A stretch of DNA of 64,000 nt from Lama guanicoe (GCA_013239625.1 MU053810.1:2987518-3051517); one strand, 5' to 3'. Shown: positions 28,211-42,814, counted from the first letter of the stretch. Made by a program: numbers and translations. Notes: generated by a model from the sequence alone, not told the origin.

Positions 28211-28217
28211 TTTTTTT
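28165..28217. repeat. (CTTT)n / poly-T microsatellite
   Basis: Directly visible. Confidence 0.95.
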
Positions 28218-28794
28218 AAGTAACAAAAAAGTAACACTATACCTTGAAATAGTATATTTAGTATGTTAATTCTTTTTTTTTCCTTTGAATTTAGGTATAA
28301 CCTGCATTGAGTAGTTTGCACACAAATCTTAAGTAGGCTCAAGAAATTGTATGTATGTCTGCAACCATGTCACTGTTATTACCTGAATCAAGCTACAGAA
28401 CATTTCAGCTACTATGAGACTCCCTCTTAACCCTTTCTGGTCAGTACTGCTCCCCCAAGATAATCACTTTTCTCCTTTATCACGTAGAGTTCCACAAGTG
28501 TTTGAATGTTATGTAAATGGAATCATATGGTATACACTTTTTGCAATCAGATTTCTTTCATTTACCATAACGTATATGAGATTCAGCCATGGTTTATTTT
28601 TCATTGCTGTGTAGTATTCCATTATATGACTATATCACAATTTATTTTTCTGCTGTATTGCTGATGGACATTTGTATCCTGCAACCTTGTTAAATTCTTT
28701 TATTTATTCTGATAATTCATTTGCAGATTCTTTTGGACCTTCTCTGTACAAGTCCTGCCACCTACAAATGACAGTCTCATATCAACAACTGTGA

Positions 28795-30100
28795 AGGGGA
28801 CAGCCACATGTAAAAGAATGAAATTAGAACATCTTCTCACACCATATTAAAAAATAAACTCAGAATGAATTAAAGACCTAAGCCTGGAAACCATAAAACT
28901 CCTACAAGAGAACATAGGCAGTACACTTTGTCATAAGCCTTAGTAATATTTTTCTGGATCTGTCTCCTCAGGCAAAGGAAACAAAAGTAATAAACAAATA
29001 CGACCTAATTAAACGTAAAGCTTTTGCACAGCAAGGGAAACCGTCAACAAAATGAAAAGACAACCTACTGAATGGGAGAAGATAATTGCAAATAATATGA
29101 CTGACAAAGGGTTAATATCCAAAATACATAAAAGCTCATACACTTTAACATCAAAACAAACAAACAATTCAATTAAAAAATGGGCAGAAGACCTGAACAG
29201 ACATTTTTCCAAAGATGACATACGGATGGCCAACAGAAAAGATGCTCAACATCACTACTGGTCAGGGAAATGTAATTCAAAACTACAATAAGATAGCACC
29301 TCACACCTGTCAGAATGACTACTGTCAAAAAGACAACAAATGATAAATGTTGGTGAGGATGTGGAGAAAAGAGAACCCTGTTCACTCCTGGTGGGAATGT
29401 AAATTGGTGCAGCCACTGTGGAAAACAGTATGGACTTTCCTCAAAAAGTTAAAAAATAGAAATATCATATGATCCAGCAATTCTACTCCTGGGTATATAT
29501 CCAAAGAAAAGAAAAACACTAATTCGGAAAGATGCATGCACCCCAATTTTACAGCAGCATAATTTATAATAGACAAGATATGGAAGTAAGCGAAGTGTCC
29601 AACAATAGATGAATGGATAAAGAAGATGTGAGAGAAATATATATATATTTACACATACACGCACAATAGGATATCACTCAGCTATAAAAAAGAATGAAAA
29701 TTTTACCATTTACAACATGGATGGACCTGGAGGGTCTTACGCTTAGTGAAGTAAGTCAGACAGAGAAAGACAAATACAGTATGTTTTCACCTCTACATGG
29801 AATCTAAAAAAATAAAATGAATGAATATAACAAAGCAGAACAGACTGAAGATGCAGAGAACAAACTAGTTACTAGTGGGGAGAGGGGTGAGGGAGATGCG
29901 AGATAGGAGCAGAGGAGACACAAACTGTTATGAATAAGAGAAACAAGGTACAAGGATGTAATATACAGCACAGGGAATGTGACCAGTATTTTATAGCTTT
30001 AAATGGAGTATAATCTATAAAAATATTGAATCACCAGGTTGTACACCTGAAACCAATATAACATTATAAATCAACTTATGCTTCAGTCAAGAGAAAAGAA
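28795..30100 (+). mobile_element. 5'-truncated L1 (ORF2 C-terminus and 3'UTR)
   Basis: [30 protein letters not shown]...[17 protein letters not shown] is L1 ORF2. Confidence 0.92.
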
Positions 30101-30102
30101 CT

Positions 30103-30490
30103 CTGAAGGGTCTGTGATTTTTACTCTACTTGCAAGGTGACAAGTTAGCTTGCTATGTCTTGCATGTTGACAGAGACACGAGACTCCTGGGTCAAAATGA
30201 AAGACTGTTTTGACTCCCAATAAAAGCAGAATCCAGAGTGTCAGCATATTTGTGTTGGTTCCAAGCCCCTGTCTGCACAGGGTGATGCGGAGGGGCCCAG
30301 ATGAATGCCCAGTGGGTTGTGTTACAGGAGAGGAGCACTGAGCTTGGGAAACCTTCTGTTTTATAGCAACCAGTAAGCAAGGCTTCTCCTTATCCTGGGA
30401 GCAGACATGATCTCATTCCTCAAGGCTGCTTGCTGCAAAGACAACCCTCAAGAGTGGTCAGGGCCTTGCATTCTGGGCACACTCAGCAAG
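30103..30490. mobile_element. ERV LTR remnant, family unassigned
   Basis: Begins 'tgaagggtctgtgattttactctacttgcaag...gagactcctgggtca', resembling an old eutherian LTR. Confidence 0.5.
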
Positions 30491-30629
30491 TGGTGTGGGG
30501 ACAGGAGAGCCTCAGGAAGGAGTGTCTTCCGACACTGCCCAAGTCTCGGTTTCACAGCATCTTGGCTTCTGGCCTGGCCAGGGCTCCACGGACATGGGCA
30601 GGCTGTGTCCCCTGCAGGCTTTACTTTGG

Positions 30630-30730
30630 GTTTTTATGGTTTTGTTTTCTAAATGGAGGTACTAAGGACTGAACCCAGGACCTCAAGAGTGCTAAGCATG
30701 CGCTCTACCACTGAGCTCTACCCGCTCCCC
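30630..30730 (-). mobile_element. vic-1-like SINE
   Basis: 'aatggaggtactaaggactgaacccaggacctcaagagtgctaagcatgcgctctaccactgagct'. Confidence 0.8.
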
Positions 30731-30982
30731 GGGTTTGTATGCGTGTATCGGCAAAGAGGCAGGCTGCCCCGTCTCAACTCCAGATGCCAAAATGAGGGCT
30801 GTTAATGGGCCATGGGAGGACCTGACTGGACATGTATTTGGGACAAAGCACCTTTAACCTTTTGTCCCTTCTATTATCCCTTGGGAGTTTAAGGATAACC
30901 CTTCTCCTAGAGTCATTTCAAACTGCTTTGCCTTTTTTGAGACCCCTCCCATATTAGGAACCCCAGCATGAAAATAACTGGC

Positions 30983-31107
30983 TTTGTTGTTTGTTTTGGG
31001 GTGGGGAGAGGTAATTAGGTTTATTAATTTTTTAAATGGAGGCACTGGGGAATTGACCTCGTGCTTGCTAAGCACATGCTCTGTCACTTGAGCTATGTCC
31101 TCCCCTC
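30983..31107 (-). mobile_element. vic-1-like SINE
   Basis: 'ggtaattaggttt...aatggaggcactgggg...gctaagcacatgctctgtcacttgagctat'; flanked by 'aaataactg'. Confidence 0.75.
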
Positions 31108-34100
31108 CTGTAAATAACTGTCTTTGGAGGTCCCTGTTCAGCCAAAGCAGGATGCTCCAGAAGGAGAAAGAGCAGGGCAAGGGGCAGGGCTCTCACTGCC
31201 AGGCGGTTCTAAGCGCAGGTCATCAGTGAATCACCCTGCAAGCTGCCGGCTCCCTCCCACCCCCTCTACGTGCTGGGGAGTCGTGGGCTGGAGCTGTCTT
31301 GGGAAGGGTTGTTCTCTGCTCTTTCCTTTAAGCTTCCGATCCCGCTGCTTCCTCATTCAGGATTGCCCCAAACTTCCTGTTCTAAGGTGACTTCCCTTCT
31401 TGTTTTCCTCTGTTATGTTTTCATTTATTAAAAAAAAAAAAAAGATTCTTGCCATTTCAGCGGGATCCTGGGAGACAGGAGAAGTCAATGGGAACTTCCC
31501 TGTCTTGAAATGGAAGCCTCCACTTTTCCAAGGACTCGGTATCATGACAAGAGGGCCACGAGATCCCTTGTCCCCACCCGCCCCGTGCTCCATTCACTTC
31601 CCTCCCTCCTCATCTTTACTTCCAGAGCCAAAATGCAAGTCAACAAAAACTATTCAAATAAAACAGAAAGAGAATAGCAGTTGTTTTCATGATGGTCACT
31701 CTCTCTCTCTTTCATAGATTTAAAAAACATTTGCTGAGTGTCTCAGTGTAGGCACCAGTAATATAGGAACCTCTAAATTCCTAACTTCCCAGGGGCCTAA
31801 GGACCAGGAGGGGAGAAAGAGGCAAACAACAGGCAGTGTGATTAAGGGTAAAATTCGCATCGTGCACTCCTTGCAGGGGAGGCCTGGGGTGGACGAGGAC
31901 TCTGACCCAGGAGGGTTGGGCAAAGAGGATACACTGAAGGCTTCTCTGTGGCACTCTGCACCAGCTCAGTCTTGTCCCAGACTAGGGGAAGGACACGTCA
32001 CACAGCACAACACACACAAAGGCAGAGCCCCGGGATGACAGGGCAAGGTGGGGAGGTTCTGTATTTCCAGAGCCCAATTGTGTACGGGGAAGAGTGACAG
32101 CAAGAAAGCCTTGAAGGGTCTTATGAATCGCCCCAAAGATTCCCAAAGCACTTCCCAAAGTGTGGTACAAAGATTATTTTAGTTCAGACATGGGCTTTTA
32201 GAAAAATAGTTTTGAGTTTATGATGTATGTTAGACACATGAACTAATACACCAAATCCATGATTTTGCAAATATTAACACTTAGGGCAAGGCGAGTAAGC
32301 CAGGCTGTTGGGCTCCACCTGAGGCAGGGCGAGGAACAGGTAAGCACTCAGACATAAATGTTCCAGGTCTTCGGCGACCACTAAACTTAGAGAAACTGGA
32401 ACAAAGAGCACCCCAGTAACGTGAAGGAGCTTGAAATAAAGGAGAAATACAGGCGGAATGGGTAACCTCTCTTTCATCTCCTCAATTCCTTGTCCCACTC
32501 AGTGTGTACCTATTAGGGTTTGAGGGATCTGGGACTGGTGAAAAGGAAGAGGGATGACTTCAAGAGGCAGGAGCACACAGCAAGATTCACTGGGTGATGC
32601 TCAGACAGAGATGCATGCGAGGAAGTCCCTCAAGAAGGAGTCTGTTGAGCGGCTCCAGCACGGAGTCAGGGGAGCACCACCCAGAAGGGAACGAGGGCAA
32701 GGGAAGCCCCAGCACAGAGGGAGGCCAGAGCGTGGCTCCTGCCTCTGGGCGATGTCCCTCAGCAGCCTGGCGGGGGTGTCGGCTCTGATATCCCACAGCA
32801 GCTGGGGGCCTTCTAACCACCAGCTCTGTCTCACCAACGACAGCAGATGTGGGGCGAGGTTTTGCAGGGTATGCAAAGGAGGTGGGCCCTCAATGGCTTG
32901 GAATCTGCTGCTTTGGGCTAATTTTAAAATAACTGGATGCGTAAAAATTTGAATTTGGCCCTGAGCTAAGAAGTCTCCGCCTGCAGTGAAGAAATAAACA
33001 ACGCTGGGGCCGAGGCACAGAGGCTCTGTCTGGCTCACTTCTGTAACGGCGTTTGTTCCACTGAGTTCCTGGATCTCGCAGTTGGATTTACAGTGATGCA
33101 TGCAAGTAAACGAACTCACATTACAACAAAACGGTTCAGCTCTCCTTTCAAGTTGTATTTCTTTGCATTTAGCATAATTCAAAATAAACCCAAACAATTT
33201 CATGTTATTTGGCTTCCAACAACTTGCATTATGTTTAAACTAAGGAGCCGAACTGGCAGTTAAGAGCACAGACTGGAGTCAAAAAGACCCGAATCCAACG
33301 TCTAGCTGGACAGCCTAGGTCACATCTCTCGGCGTCTGTGTCCTTGTATGTAACACCAGGATGACGGCGTCTGCTTCATTACGCCTCTAGGATTAAACAA
33401 GGTCACGCAGGTGGAACAGGATAGGAGACTGTTCCGGCCTGTATGTCAACCGAGGGACTATGCTGTGGAATCAGAATAGCCACATGAGTGAGAGACAAGG
33501 CAGCGTCCAGCCCACCAAGTGCAGAATTCACTGTGGGGACACAGGAGTTATTTATCGATGATTCTTAAACTCCTTCACCCACTCAGAGGACAAGGGCTAG
33601 AGTGTGGAAGAGAATTCTGCGGGGAGATGGTTGAAGAAATTTCTTTGGAGGGAGTGGCTGCAGAGCTTTGAGTTCCCAATCCACTCCTTTGCTTGGAGAA
33701 GTCAGGGTGTTACTTTCTAAGGCCGAGTTTAGTGGGGGCTGGGGGGGCAGGTCAGTGGGAACCCATGGAGAACCCTGAACCGTTTCCTGCAGTTGTGAAA
33801 CAAAGAGAACTGGGCCAGACCTTTGCCTAAAGTGGGCTGAGGTCAGACCAAGCCGTGGAGCCTGAAGAGAGGCTGACTGGCCTGTGGCTGTGATGGCCGA
33901 GCCAGGAGAGAGAGGGCTGCTGGGTCTGGGTTGGCCTATACTCCTAGAGGCTGTTGGACCGGGCATGCTGGAGGGTTCTCGGAGGACCGGATGGTGGGTC
34001 CTAGGAGAGAGCTGAGTCCTACACAATAGGGCTGCCTGAAAAGTGAGGATGCAGGTGAGGACAGCAGAGGTGCCCCGAGGGATCCACCCAAAGCGCACAG

Positions 34101-34329
34101 GTGCTTTGCCTGGCCCAACCCCGAGGCTCAGAGCTCAAGACCATTCAGCCAAGTAAGGACTGTGCTACCCTCTGACTTCCTTCCTTCCCGTAATCCCCAA
34201 CCGCTGGCTCCAGCAGACAGTGAAGCAGCAGTTATGCCCTGGAGGAGAGAGGGAGGAGTTAAGCGGGTGGGATGGCAAAAAGCAGTCTCTTTGTTGGCTT
34301 GCAAAATGTGCCAAAAATACTCTTTAAAT

Positions 34330-34595
34330 CTGCGCTGCCCAACACAGTAGCCACATTTCTGGCTATTGAGCCCTGGAGATGTGGCTCATTCAGACTGAAA
34401 TATACTCTGAGTGTAAGCCACATGCTGGACTTCAAAGACTTCACTATGAAAAACAGAAGGTAAGAAAATGTTTCACTATTAATTATATATTGATTACACA
34501 TTGAAATGGTAATATGTTGGATATACTTTAAAAAAATGTAGCTCCTAGAAAACTAAATTACATATGTGGCTAACACTATATTTCTATTGGATTGA
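34330..34595. mobile_element. MER33/MER3-like hAT DNA transposon (second copy about 39678-39943)
   Basis: 'cagtagccacatttctggctattgagc...aaattacatatgtggctaacactatatttctattgga'. Confidence 0.7.
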
Positions 34596-35859
34596 ACTAG
34601 TTAAATCCTGTGTGTTTTCCTCTTAGATGAATAATTTACTCTGAGATTTTTTTTCCAAACAAGTCTCATCACCAGCTTCATGTCTCCCTCAAAATACGAC
34701 ATTCTCAGCAAGACAAATTTTCTCCACAGTGTGATAAACATGGGCTTATCAGATGAATAACAGAAAAGAAAACGCCACTGCAAACTCCAGTAACACCTGT
34801 GTTTTCTCTGAATATCTGCCAACGAATGTTACCAAAGTCCCATGTCATGTAGCTCGCGAGACAAATCACTGCACAGGGCAGGATAAAATAAAATGAAAAG
34901 AGCATGTCCTATCCTGTAGATGAGAAATGGAATGAATCTTTGATTAGTATACTGTAGCAAGCTTTCAGATACTGGTGCTTGTTCAAATATGTGGTTTTAG
35001 AAATTTACAAAAAGCCAATGTGTACTTTATGGCTGGCAGGCAGTGCTATTCATACTATATATGAAGCTTTGAAGTTCATTGCTGACTCGGGTATCCTACA
35101 ATGGAGGTGAGTCTTTCTCCATCTTTGTGGTTCTTTCCCACTGCACGTCCATGTCTGTTGGTCACAAGGGAGACTGCCCAGGATGCAGGAACTCAGAGTA
35201 AAAGTTGAAGATCCAATTATGACACAGTTGATGGAAGCCCCACTGAACAAGACGCCACAGGTGATGTCAGGGTAGCCTCACTTCAAGGTGATGTGAATGT
35301 CTCAGAAGGTGGTAAGGATTCTGGTCCTGCCCAGGTAATCATGGCCCAACTCAGGACAACTCGGATCGGCAAGTTCCTCCCCAGTGCTTTCCTGCTGTTG
35401 GTCCAGGCTTTCTCAGCTGGCATTTGACATCTCCTTCTGCCCAATTCTTCTTCCCTTCCTTCCCCTCCACAGATGTTAACCCCTAAAAAATATCTTGCAC
35501 CTTGAACCTGGTCTCAGCACCTGCTCCTGGAAACAGGCAACCTCTGACATCCTGCAGCAGCCTGAGCTGGCGGCTTCCCCCTGCCCCACTCTCACAGTCC
35601 ATCAGCCTCCAGCATAGAAAGGCAACAGCAGACTGGGGACAGGGGCCATGCTGGTGAGAGCCTCAGCCCCCCACCCCCCGCACCCCTCCAGCCCCTCAGT
35701 ACACACACCGGGGGTAGGATGTGGTGTCTGTTGAGTTGGTGGCATGTCCTTTTGCTCACAGCACTCCTGGTTTGGGGATAAAACAGGTCACCTGGAAGTA
35801 CTTCCAGGTGCTTCTGGGAGGCTAGCCATGCTACTTTTTCTTGCTCTACACTTGGATTC

Positions 35860-35952
35860 TCTTTTTTTAAATGGAGGTACTGGGGATTGAACCCAGGACC
35901 TTGTGCATGCTAAGCATGCGCTCTACTACTTAAGCTATACCACCCTCCCCCT
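35860..35952 (-). mobile_element. vic-1-like SINE (second copy about 41208-41300)
   Basis: 'ggaggtactggggattgaacccaggaccttgtgcatgctaagcatgcgctctac'; flanked by 'cacttgg'. Confidence 0.85.
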
Positions 35953-36927
35953 TCACTTGGGACAAAAGCCTGTTCCAGGTGTCCCGAAGTGAAGCTTTCA
36001 CGATGTCAGCATTTCCTTCATGGCCCCTGGTCCCCTAAAGGACAGCTCCCTGTGTGTCTCTGAGGGAGTAGCCAAGCCCTCAGGTGAAGCCCATAAATGT
36101 CATCTCTAACCACCTCCCTTCCCGCCCCACCTTCAACATCCTTGAAGTTGGAGGACCTGCACACCTCCAGTGGCCAGCCTCCCAGGAGGGGGCTCAGACC
36201 CCCAGCGGTGTGTGTGCCTCAGGTCTCCTCCTCCTCCTTCCCCTTTCCCCGTACCTGGTGCAGCTTGAACTTGAACATGTTCCCTGAAGCTTCCCCAGGA
36301 CAGCAATGCTTAGTGAATGCATTTGGGCGGGAGCCAAGGAAATGTTTCAAGTCTGTCTTGTATTAGCAGATTTGGGAGTGGCAGTCAGAAGAGGTCCACA
36401 CCCTGGAAAATAACACTGTCCACTACTCTCCACTCTCAGGGGTCAGATCGGCTGCCATTACCCTCTGGTCCTCTGAGGAATAGTTACCTATTTATTAGCA
36501 CATTGACAACCATAATATTTATTTTAAAACACAGAACTTGGCCATGAAAGAACTGGGAAAATGGCGCTGTTTCCTGTCCGACCAGATCCTTTGCTCATGT
36601 CTATTTCCTTATTGGGAAACTGAAGGGACTCACCTGTCTCACAATAACAAAAAGGGAGATCCACTCAATTAACATCCTCTGGAGGAAGAACGAGGCAGAG
36701 GGCAGGAGCCACAGCTGGAGCCTGCTCGCTCGAGGTTAGCAAGGTCCAGGGACCCTCCTCACCCCTGAAAGGGGGGCTGGGGACCAGGAGCACAGGCTGA
36801 TGTTGAAAGCCTGGCTGTGCAGGAAATGCAAACATCTTCGTTGTTTTTCCACGCTGGCTAATTACGATAAATTCTGTTTGAAGCCACAGCTCCTGGCTCC
36901 ACTTTAAGAGGCCACTCTTATTTCTTA

Positions 36928-39900
36928 GCCCCGTGCTCCATTCACTTCCCTCCCTCCTCATCTTTACTTCCAGAGCCAAAATGCAAGTCAACAAAAACTA
37001 TTCAAATAAAACAGAAAGAGAATAGCAGTTGTTTTCATGATGGTCACTCTCTCTCTCTTTCATAGATTTAAAAAACATTTGCTGAGTGTCTCAGTGTAGG
37101 CACCAGTAATATAGGAACCTCTAAATTCCTAACTTCCCAGGGGCCTAAGGACCAGGAGGGGAGAAAGAGGCAAACAACAGGCAGTGTGATTAAGGGTAAA
37201 ATTCGCATCGTGCACTCCTTGCAGGGGAGGCCTGGGGTGGACGAGGACTCTGACCCAGGAGGGTTGGGCAAAGAGGATACACTGAAGGCTTCTCTGTGGC
37301 ACTCTGCACCAGCTCAGTCTTGTCCCAGACTAGGGGAAGGACACGTCACACAGCACAACACACACAAAGGCAGAGCCCCGGGATGACAGGGCAAGGTGGG
37401 GAGGTTCTGTATTTCCAGAGCCCAATTGTGTACGGGGAAGAGTGACAGCAAGAAAGCCTTGAAGGGTCTTATGAATCGCCCCAAAGATTCCCAAAGCACT
37501 TCCCAAAGTGTGGTACAAAGATTATTTTAGTTCAGACATGGGCTTTTAGAAAAATAGTTTTGAGTTTATGATGTATGTTAGACACATGAACTAATACACC
37601 AAATCCATGATTTTGCAAATATTAACACTTAGGGCAAGGTGAGTAAGCCAGGCTGTTGGGCTCCACCTGAGGCAGGGCGAGGAACAGGTAAGCACTCAGA
37701 CATAAATGTTCCAGGTCTTCGGCGACCACTAAACTTAGAGAAACTGGAACAAAGAGCACCCCAGTAACGTGAAGGAGCTTGAAATAAAGGAGAAATACAG
37801 GCGGAATGGGTAACCTCTCTTTCACCTCCTCAATTCCTTGTCCCACTCAGTGTGTACCTGTTAGGGTTTGAGGGATCTGGGACTGGTGAAAAGGAAGAGG
37901 GATGACTTCAAGAGGCAGGAGCACACAGCAAGATTCACTGGGTGATGCTCAGACAGAGATGCATGCGAGGAAGTCCCTCAAGAAGGAGTCTGTTGAGCGG
38001 CTCCAGCACGGAGTCAGGGGAGCACCACCCAGAAGGGAACGAGGGCAAGGGAAGCCCCAGCACAGAGGGAGGCCAGAGCGTGGCTCCTGCCTCTGGGCGA
38101 TGTCCCTCAGCAGCCTGGCGGGGGTGTCGGCTCTGATATCCCACAGCAGCTGGGGGCCTTCTAACCACCAGCTCTGTCTCACCAACGACAGCAGATGTGG
38201 GGCGAGGTTTTGCAGGGTATGCAAAGGAGGTGGGCCCTCAATGGCTTGGAATCTGCTGCTTTGGGCTAATTTTAAAATAACTGGATGCGTAAAAATTTGA
38301 ATTTGGCCCTGAGCTAAGAAGTCTCCGCCTGCAGTGAAGAAATAAACAACGCTGGGGCCGAGGCACAGAGGCTCTGTCTGGCTCACTTCTGTAACGGCGT
38401 TTGTTCCACTGAGTTCCTGGATCTCGCAGTTGGATTTACAGTGATGCATGCAAGTAAACGAACTCACATTACAACAAAACGGTTCAGCTCTCCTTTCAAG
38501 TTGTATTTCTTTGCATTTAGCATAATTCAAAATAAACCCAAACAATTTCATGTTATTTGGCTTCCAACAACTTGCATTATGTTTAAACTAAGGAGCCGAA
38601 CTGGCAGTTAAGAGCACAGACTGGAGTCAAAAAGACCCGAATCCAACGTCTAGCTGGACAGCCTAGGTCACATCTCTCGGCGTCTGTGTCCTTGTATGTA
38701 ACACCAGGATGACGGCGTCTGCTTCATTACGCCTCTAGGATTAAACAAGGTCACGCAGGTGGAACAGGATAGGAGACTGTTCCGGCCTGTATGTCAACCG
38801 AGGGACTATGCTGTGGAATCAGAATAGCCACATGAGTGAGAGACAAGGCAGCGTCCAGCCCACCAAGTGCAGAATTCACTGTGGGGACACAGGAGTTATT
38901 TATCGATGATTCTTAAACTCCTTCACCCACTCAGAGGACAAGGGCTAGAGTGTGGAAGAGAATTCTGCGGGGAGATGGTTGAAGAAATTTCTTTGGAGGG
39001 AGTGGCTGCAGAGCTTTGAGTTCCCAATCCACTCCTTTGCTTGGAGAAGTCAGGGTGTTACTTTCTAAGGCCGAGTTTAGTGGGGGCTGGGGGGGCAGGT
39101 CAGTGGGAACCCATGGAGAACCCTGAACCGTTTCCTGCAGTTGTGAAACAAAGAGAACTGGGCCAGACCTTTGCCTAAAGTGGGCTGAGGTCAGACCAAG
39201 CCGTGGAGCCTGAAGAGAGGCTGACTGGCCTGTGGCTGTGATGGCCGAGCCAGGAGAGAGAGGGCTGCTGGGTCTGGGTTGGCCTATACTCCTAGAGGCT
39301 GTTGGACCGGGCATGCTGGAGGGTTCTCGGAGGACCGGATGGTGGGTCCTAGGAGAGAGCTGAGTCCTACACAATAGGGCTGCCTGAAAAGTGAGGATGC
39401 AGGTGAGGACAGCAGAGGTGCCCCGAGGGATCCACCCAAAGCGCACAGGTGCTTTGCCTGGCCCAACCCCGAGGCTCAGAGCTCAAGACCATTCAGCCAA
39501 GTAAGGACTGTGCTACCCTCTGACTTCCTTCCTTCCCGTAATCCCCAACCGCTGGCTCCAGCAGACAGTGAAGCAGCAGTTATGCCCTGGAGGAGAGAGG
39601 GAGGAGTTAAGCGGGTGGGATGGCAAAAAGCAGTCTCTTTGTTGGCTTGCAAAATGTGCCAAAAATACTCTTTAAATCTGCGCTGCCCAACACAGTAGCC
39701 ACATTTCTGGCTATTGAGCCCTGGAGATGTGGCTCATTCAGACTGAAATATACTCTGAGTGTAAGCCACATGCTGGACTTCAAAGACTTCACTATGAAAA
39801 ACAGAACGTAAGAAAATGTTTCACTATTAATTATATATTGATTACACATTGAAATGGTAATATGTTGGATATACTTTAAAAAAATGTAGCTCCTAGAAAA

Positions 39901-42274
39901 CTAAATTACATATGTGGCTAACACTATATTTCTATTGGATTGAACTAGTTAAATCCTGTGTGTTTTCCTCTTAGATGAATAATTTACTCTGAGATTTTTT
40001 TTCCAAACAAGTCTCATCACCAGCTTCATGTCTCCCTCAAAATACGACATTCTCAGCAAGACAAATTTTCTCCACAGTGTGATAAACATGGGCTTATCAG
40101 ATGAATAACAGAAAAGAAAACGCCACTGCAAACTCCAGTAACACCTGTGTTTTCTCTGAATATCTGCCAACGAATGTTACCAAAGTCCCATGTCATGTAG
40201 CTCGCGAGACAAATCACTGCACAGGGCAGGATAAAATAAAATGAAAAGAGCATGTCCTATCCTGTAGATGAGAAATGGAATGAATCTTTGATTAGTATAC
40301 TGTAGCAAGCTTTCAGATACTGGTGCTTGTTCAAATATGTGGTTTTAGAAATTTACAAAAAGCCAATGTGTACTTTATGGCTGGCAGGCAGTGCTATTCA
40401 TACTATATATGAAGCTTTGAAGTTCATTGCTGACTCGGGTATCCTACAATGGAGGTGAGTCTTTCTCCATCTTTGTGGTTCTTTCCCACTGCACGTCCAT
40501 GTCTGTTGGTCACAAGGGAGACTGCCCAGGATGCAGGAACTCAGAGTAAAAGTTGAAGATCCAATTATGACACAGTTGATGGAAGCCCCACTGAACAAGA
40601 CGCCACAGGTGATGTCAGGGTAGCCTCACTTCAAGGTGATGTGAATGTCTCAGAAGGTGGTAAGGATTCTGGTCCTGTCCAGGTAATCATGGCCCAACTC
40701 AGGACAACTCGGATCGGCAAGTTCCTCCCCAGTGCTTTCCTGCTGTTGGTCCAGGCTTTCTCAGCTGGCATTTGACATCTCCTTCTGCCCAATTCTTCTT
40801 CCCTTCCTTCCCCTCCACAGATGTTAACCCCTAAAAAATATCTTGCACCTTGAACCTGGTCTCAGCACCTGCTCCTGGAAACAGGCAACCTCTGACATCC
40901 TGCAGCAGCCTGAGCTGGCGGCTTCCCCCTGCCCCACTCTCACAGTCCATCAGCCTCCAGCATAGAAAGGCAACAGCAGACTGGGGACAGGGGCCATGCT
41001 GGTGAGAGCCTCAGCCCCCCACCCCCCGCACCCCTCCAGCCCCTCAGTACACACACCGGGGGTAGGATGTGGTGTCTGTTGAGTTGGTGGCATGTCCTTT
41101 TGCTCACAGCACTCCTGGTTTGGGGATAAAACAGGTCACCTGGAAGTACTTCCAGGTGCTTCTGGGAGGCTAGCCATGCTACTTTTTCTTGCTCTACACT
41201 TGGATTCTCTTTTTTTAAATGGAGGTACTGGGGATTGAACCCAGGACCTTGTGCATGCTAAGCATGCGCTCTACTACTTAAGCTATACCACCCTCCCCCT
41301 TCACTTGGGACAAAAGCCTGTTCCAGGTGTCCCGAAGTGAAGCTTTCACGATGTCAGCATTTCCTTCATGGCCCCTGGTCCCCTAAAGGACAGCTCCCTG
41401 TGTGTCTCTGAGGGAGTAGCCAAGCCCTCAGGTGAAGCCCATAAATGTCATCTCTAACCACCTCCCTTCCCGCCCCACCTTCAACATCCTTGAAGTTGGA
41501 GGACCTGCACACCTCCAGTGGCCAGCCTCCCAGGAGGGGGCTCAGACCCCCAGCGGTGTGTGTGCCTCAGGTCTCCTCCTCCTCCTTCCCCTTTCCCCGT
41601 ACCTGGTGCAGCTTGAACTTGAACATGTTCCCTGAAGCTTCCCCAGGACAGCAATGCTTAGTGAATGCATTTGGGCGGGAGCCAAGGAAATGTTTCAAGT
41701 CTGTCTTGTATTAGCAGATTTGGGAGTGGCAGTCAGAAGAGGTCCACACCCTGGAAAATAACACTGTCCACTACTCTCCACTCTCAGGGGTCAGATCGGC
41801 TGCCATTACCCTCTGGTCCTCTGAGGAATAGTTACCTATTTATTAGCACATTGACAACCATAATATTTATTTTAAAACACAGAACTTGGCCATGAAAGAA
41901 CTGGGAAAATGGCGCTGTTTCCTGTCCGACCAGATCCTTTGCTCATGTCTATTTCCTTATTGGGAAACTGAAGGGACTCACCTGTCTCACAATAACAAAA
42001 AGGGAGATCCACTCAATTAACATCCTCTGGAGGAAGAACGAGGCAGAGGGCAGGAGCCACAGCTGGAGCCTGCTCGCTCGAGGTTAGCAAGGTCCAGGGA
42101 CCCTCCTCACCCCTGAAAGGGGGGCTGGGGACCAGGAGCACAGGCTGATGTTGAAAGCCTGGCTGTGCAGGAAATGCAAACATCTTCGTTGTTTTTCCAC
42201 GCTGGCTAATTACGATAAATTCTGTTTGAAGCCACAGCTCCTGGCTCCACTTTAAGAGGCCACTCTTATTTCTT
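36928..42274 (+). repeat. Tandem duplication, copy 2 (5347 bp)
   Basis: Matches 31580-36926 apart from at least 5 substitutions. Confidence 0.97.
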
Positions 42275-42814
42275 GAATCTGTGCCCACAATGTGTAAGTT
42301 TTCTGCATGGGTTGTCTGGCTGGGTGACTCTGGACAATGTTTTCAGGAGCTGTCAGGCATGTGCAGCCTTGAAAGAGGCAACTGTGTATGTGCAGAAATT
42401 GCATACAAATGGCAGCATCTCACAGGCCGTAGACAGTACAATTTTTCCAAAGACCCTAAATAGAAGGCTTACACTGGGGAACCTGGGGACATGGTTTAAG
42501 TGTCAAATACAAGGAGCTGAGGGCTGATGAGATCATGTCTCAGAACCCCTGTGAGTGTCCTAATTTACACTGATTTTAAGGGTGGGTTTTGGAATTAAAT
42601 CACTGGAGTTGGTTTGGCCACAGTCCTACTCAAAGCCAAGCACTGCTCAGGCAACAGGAGGAGGTGCTGTTATAGTAGAAGGGGATGATGGTTATTTGTT
42701 ATCCCAGAAGTTCTTTCAGACCAAGATGATCTCTCCTGGTAGTTTAGGGTGCAGAATTCAGGGTTTTCATCCAGGTACCAATGAGACTCTGAGCAGAGTC
42801 AAAGATGATTCCCA

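Larger units (their letters stand above)
31580..36926 (+). repeat. Tandem duplication, copy 1 (5347 bp)
   Basis: Sequence and ORF track repeat at a constant 5348-bp offset. Confidence 0.97.

Noticed and set aside
32554..34098. 130-200 aa ORFs in the duplicated unit
   Set aside because: No recognisable domains; they recur only because of the duplication.
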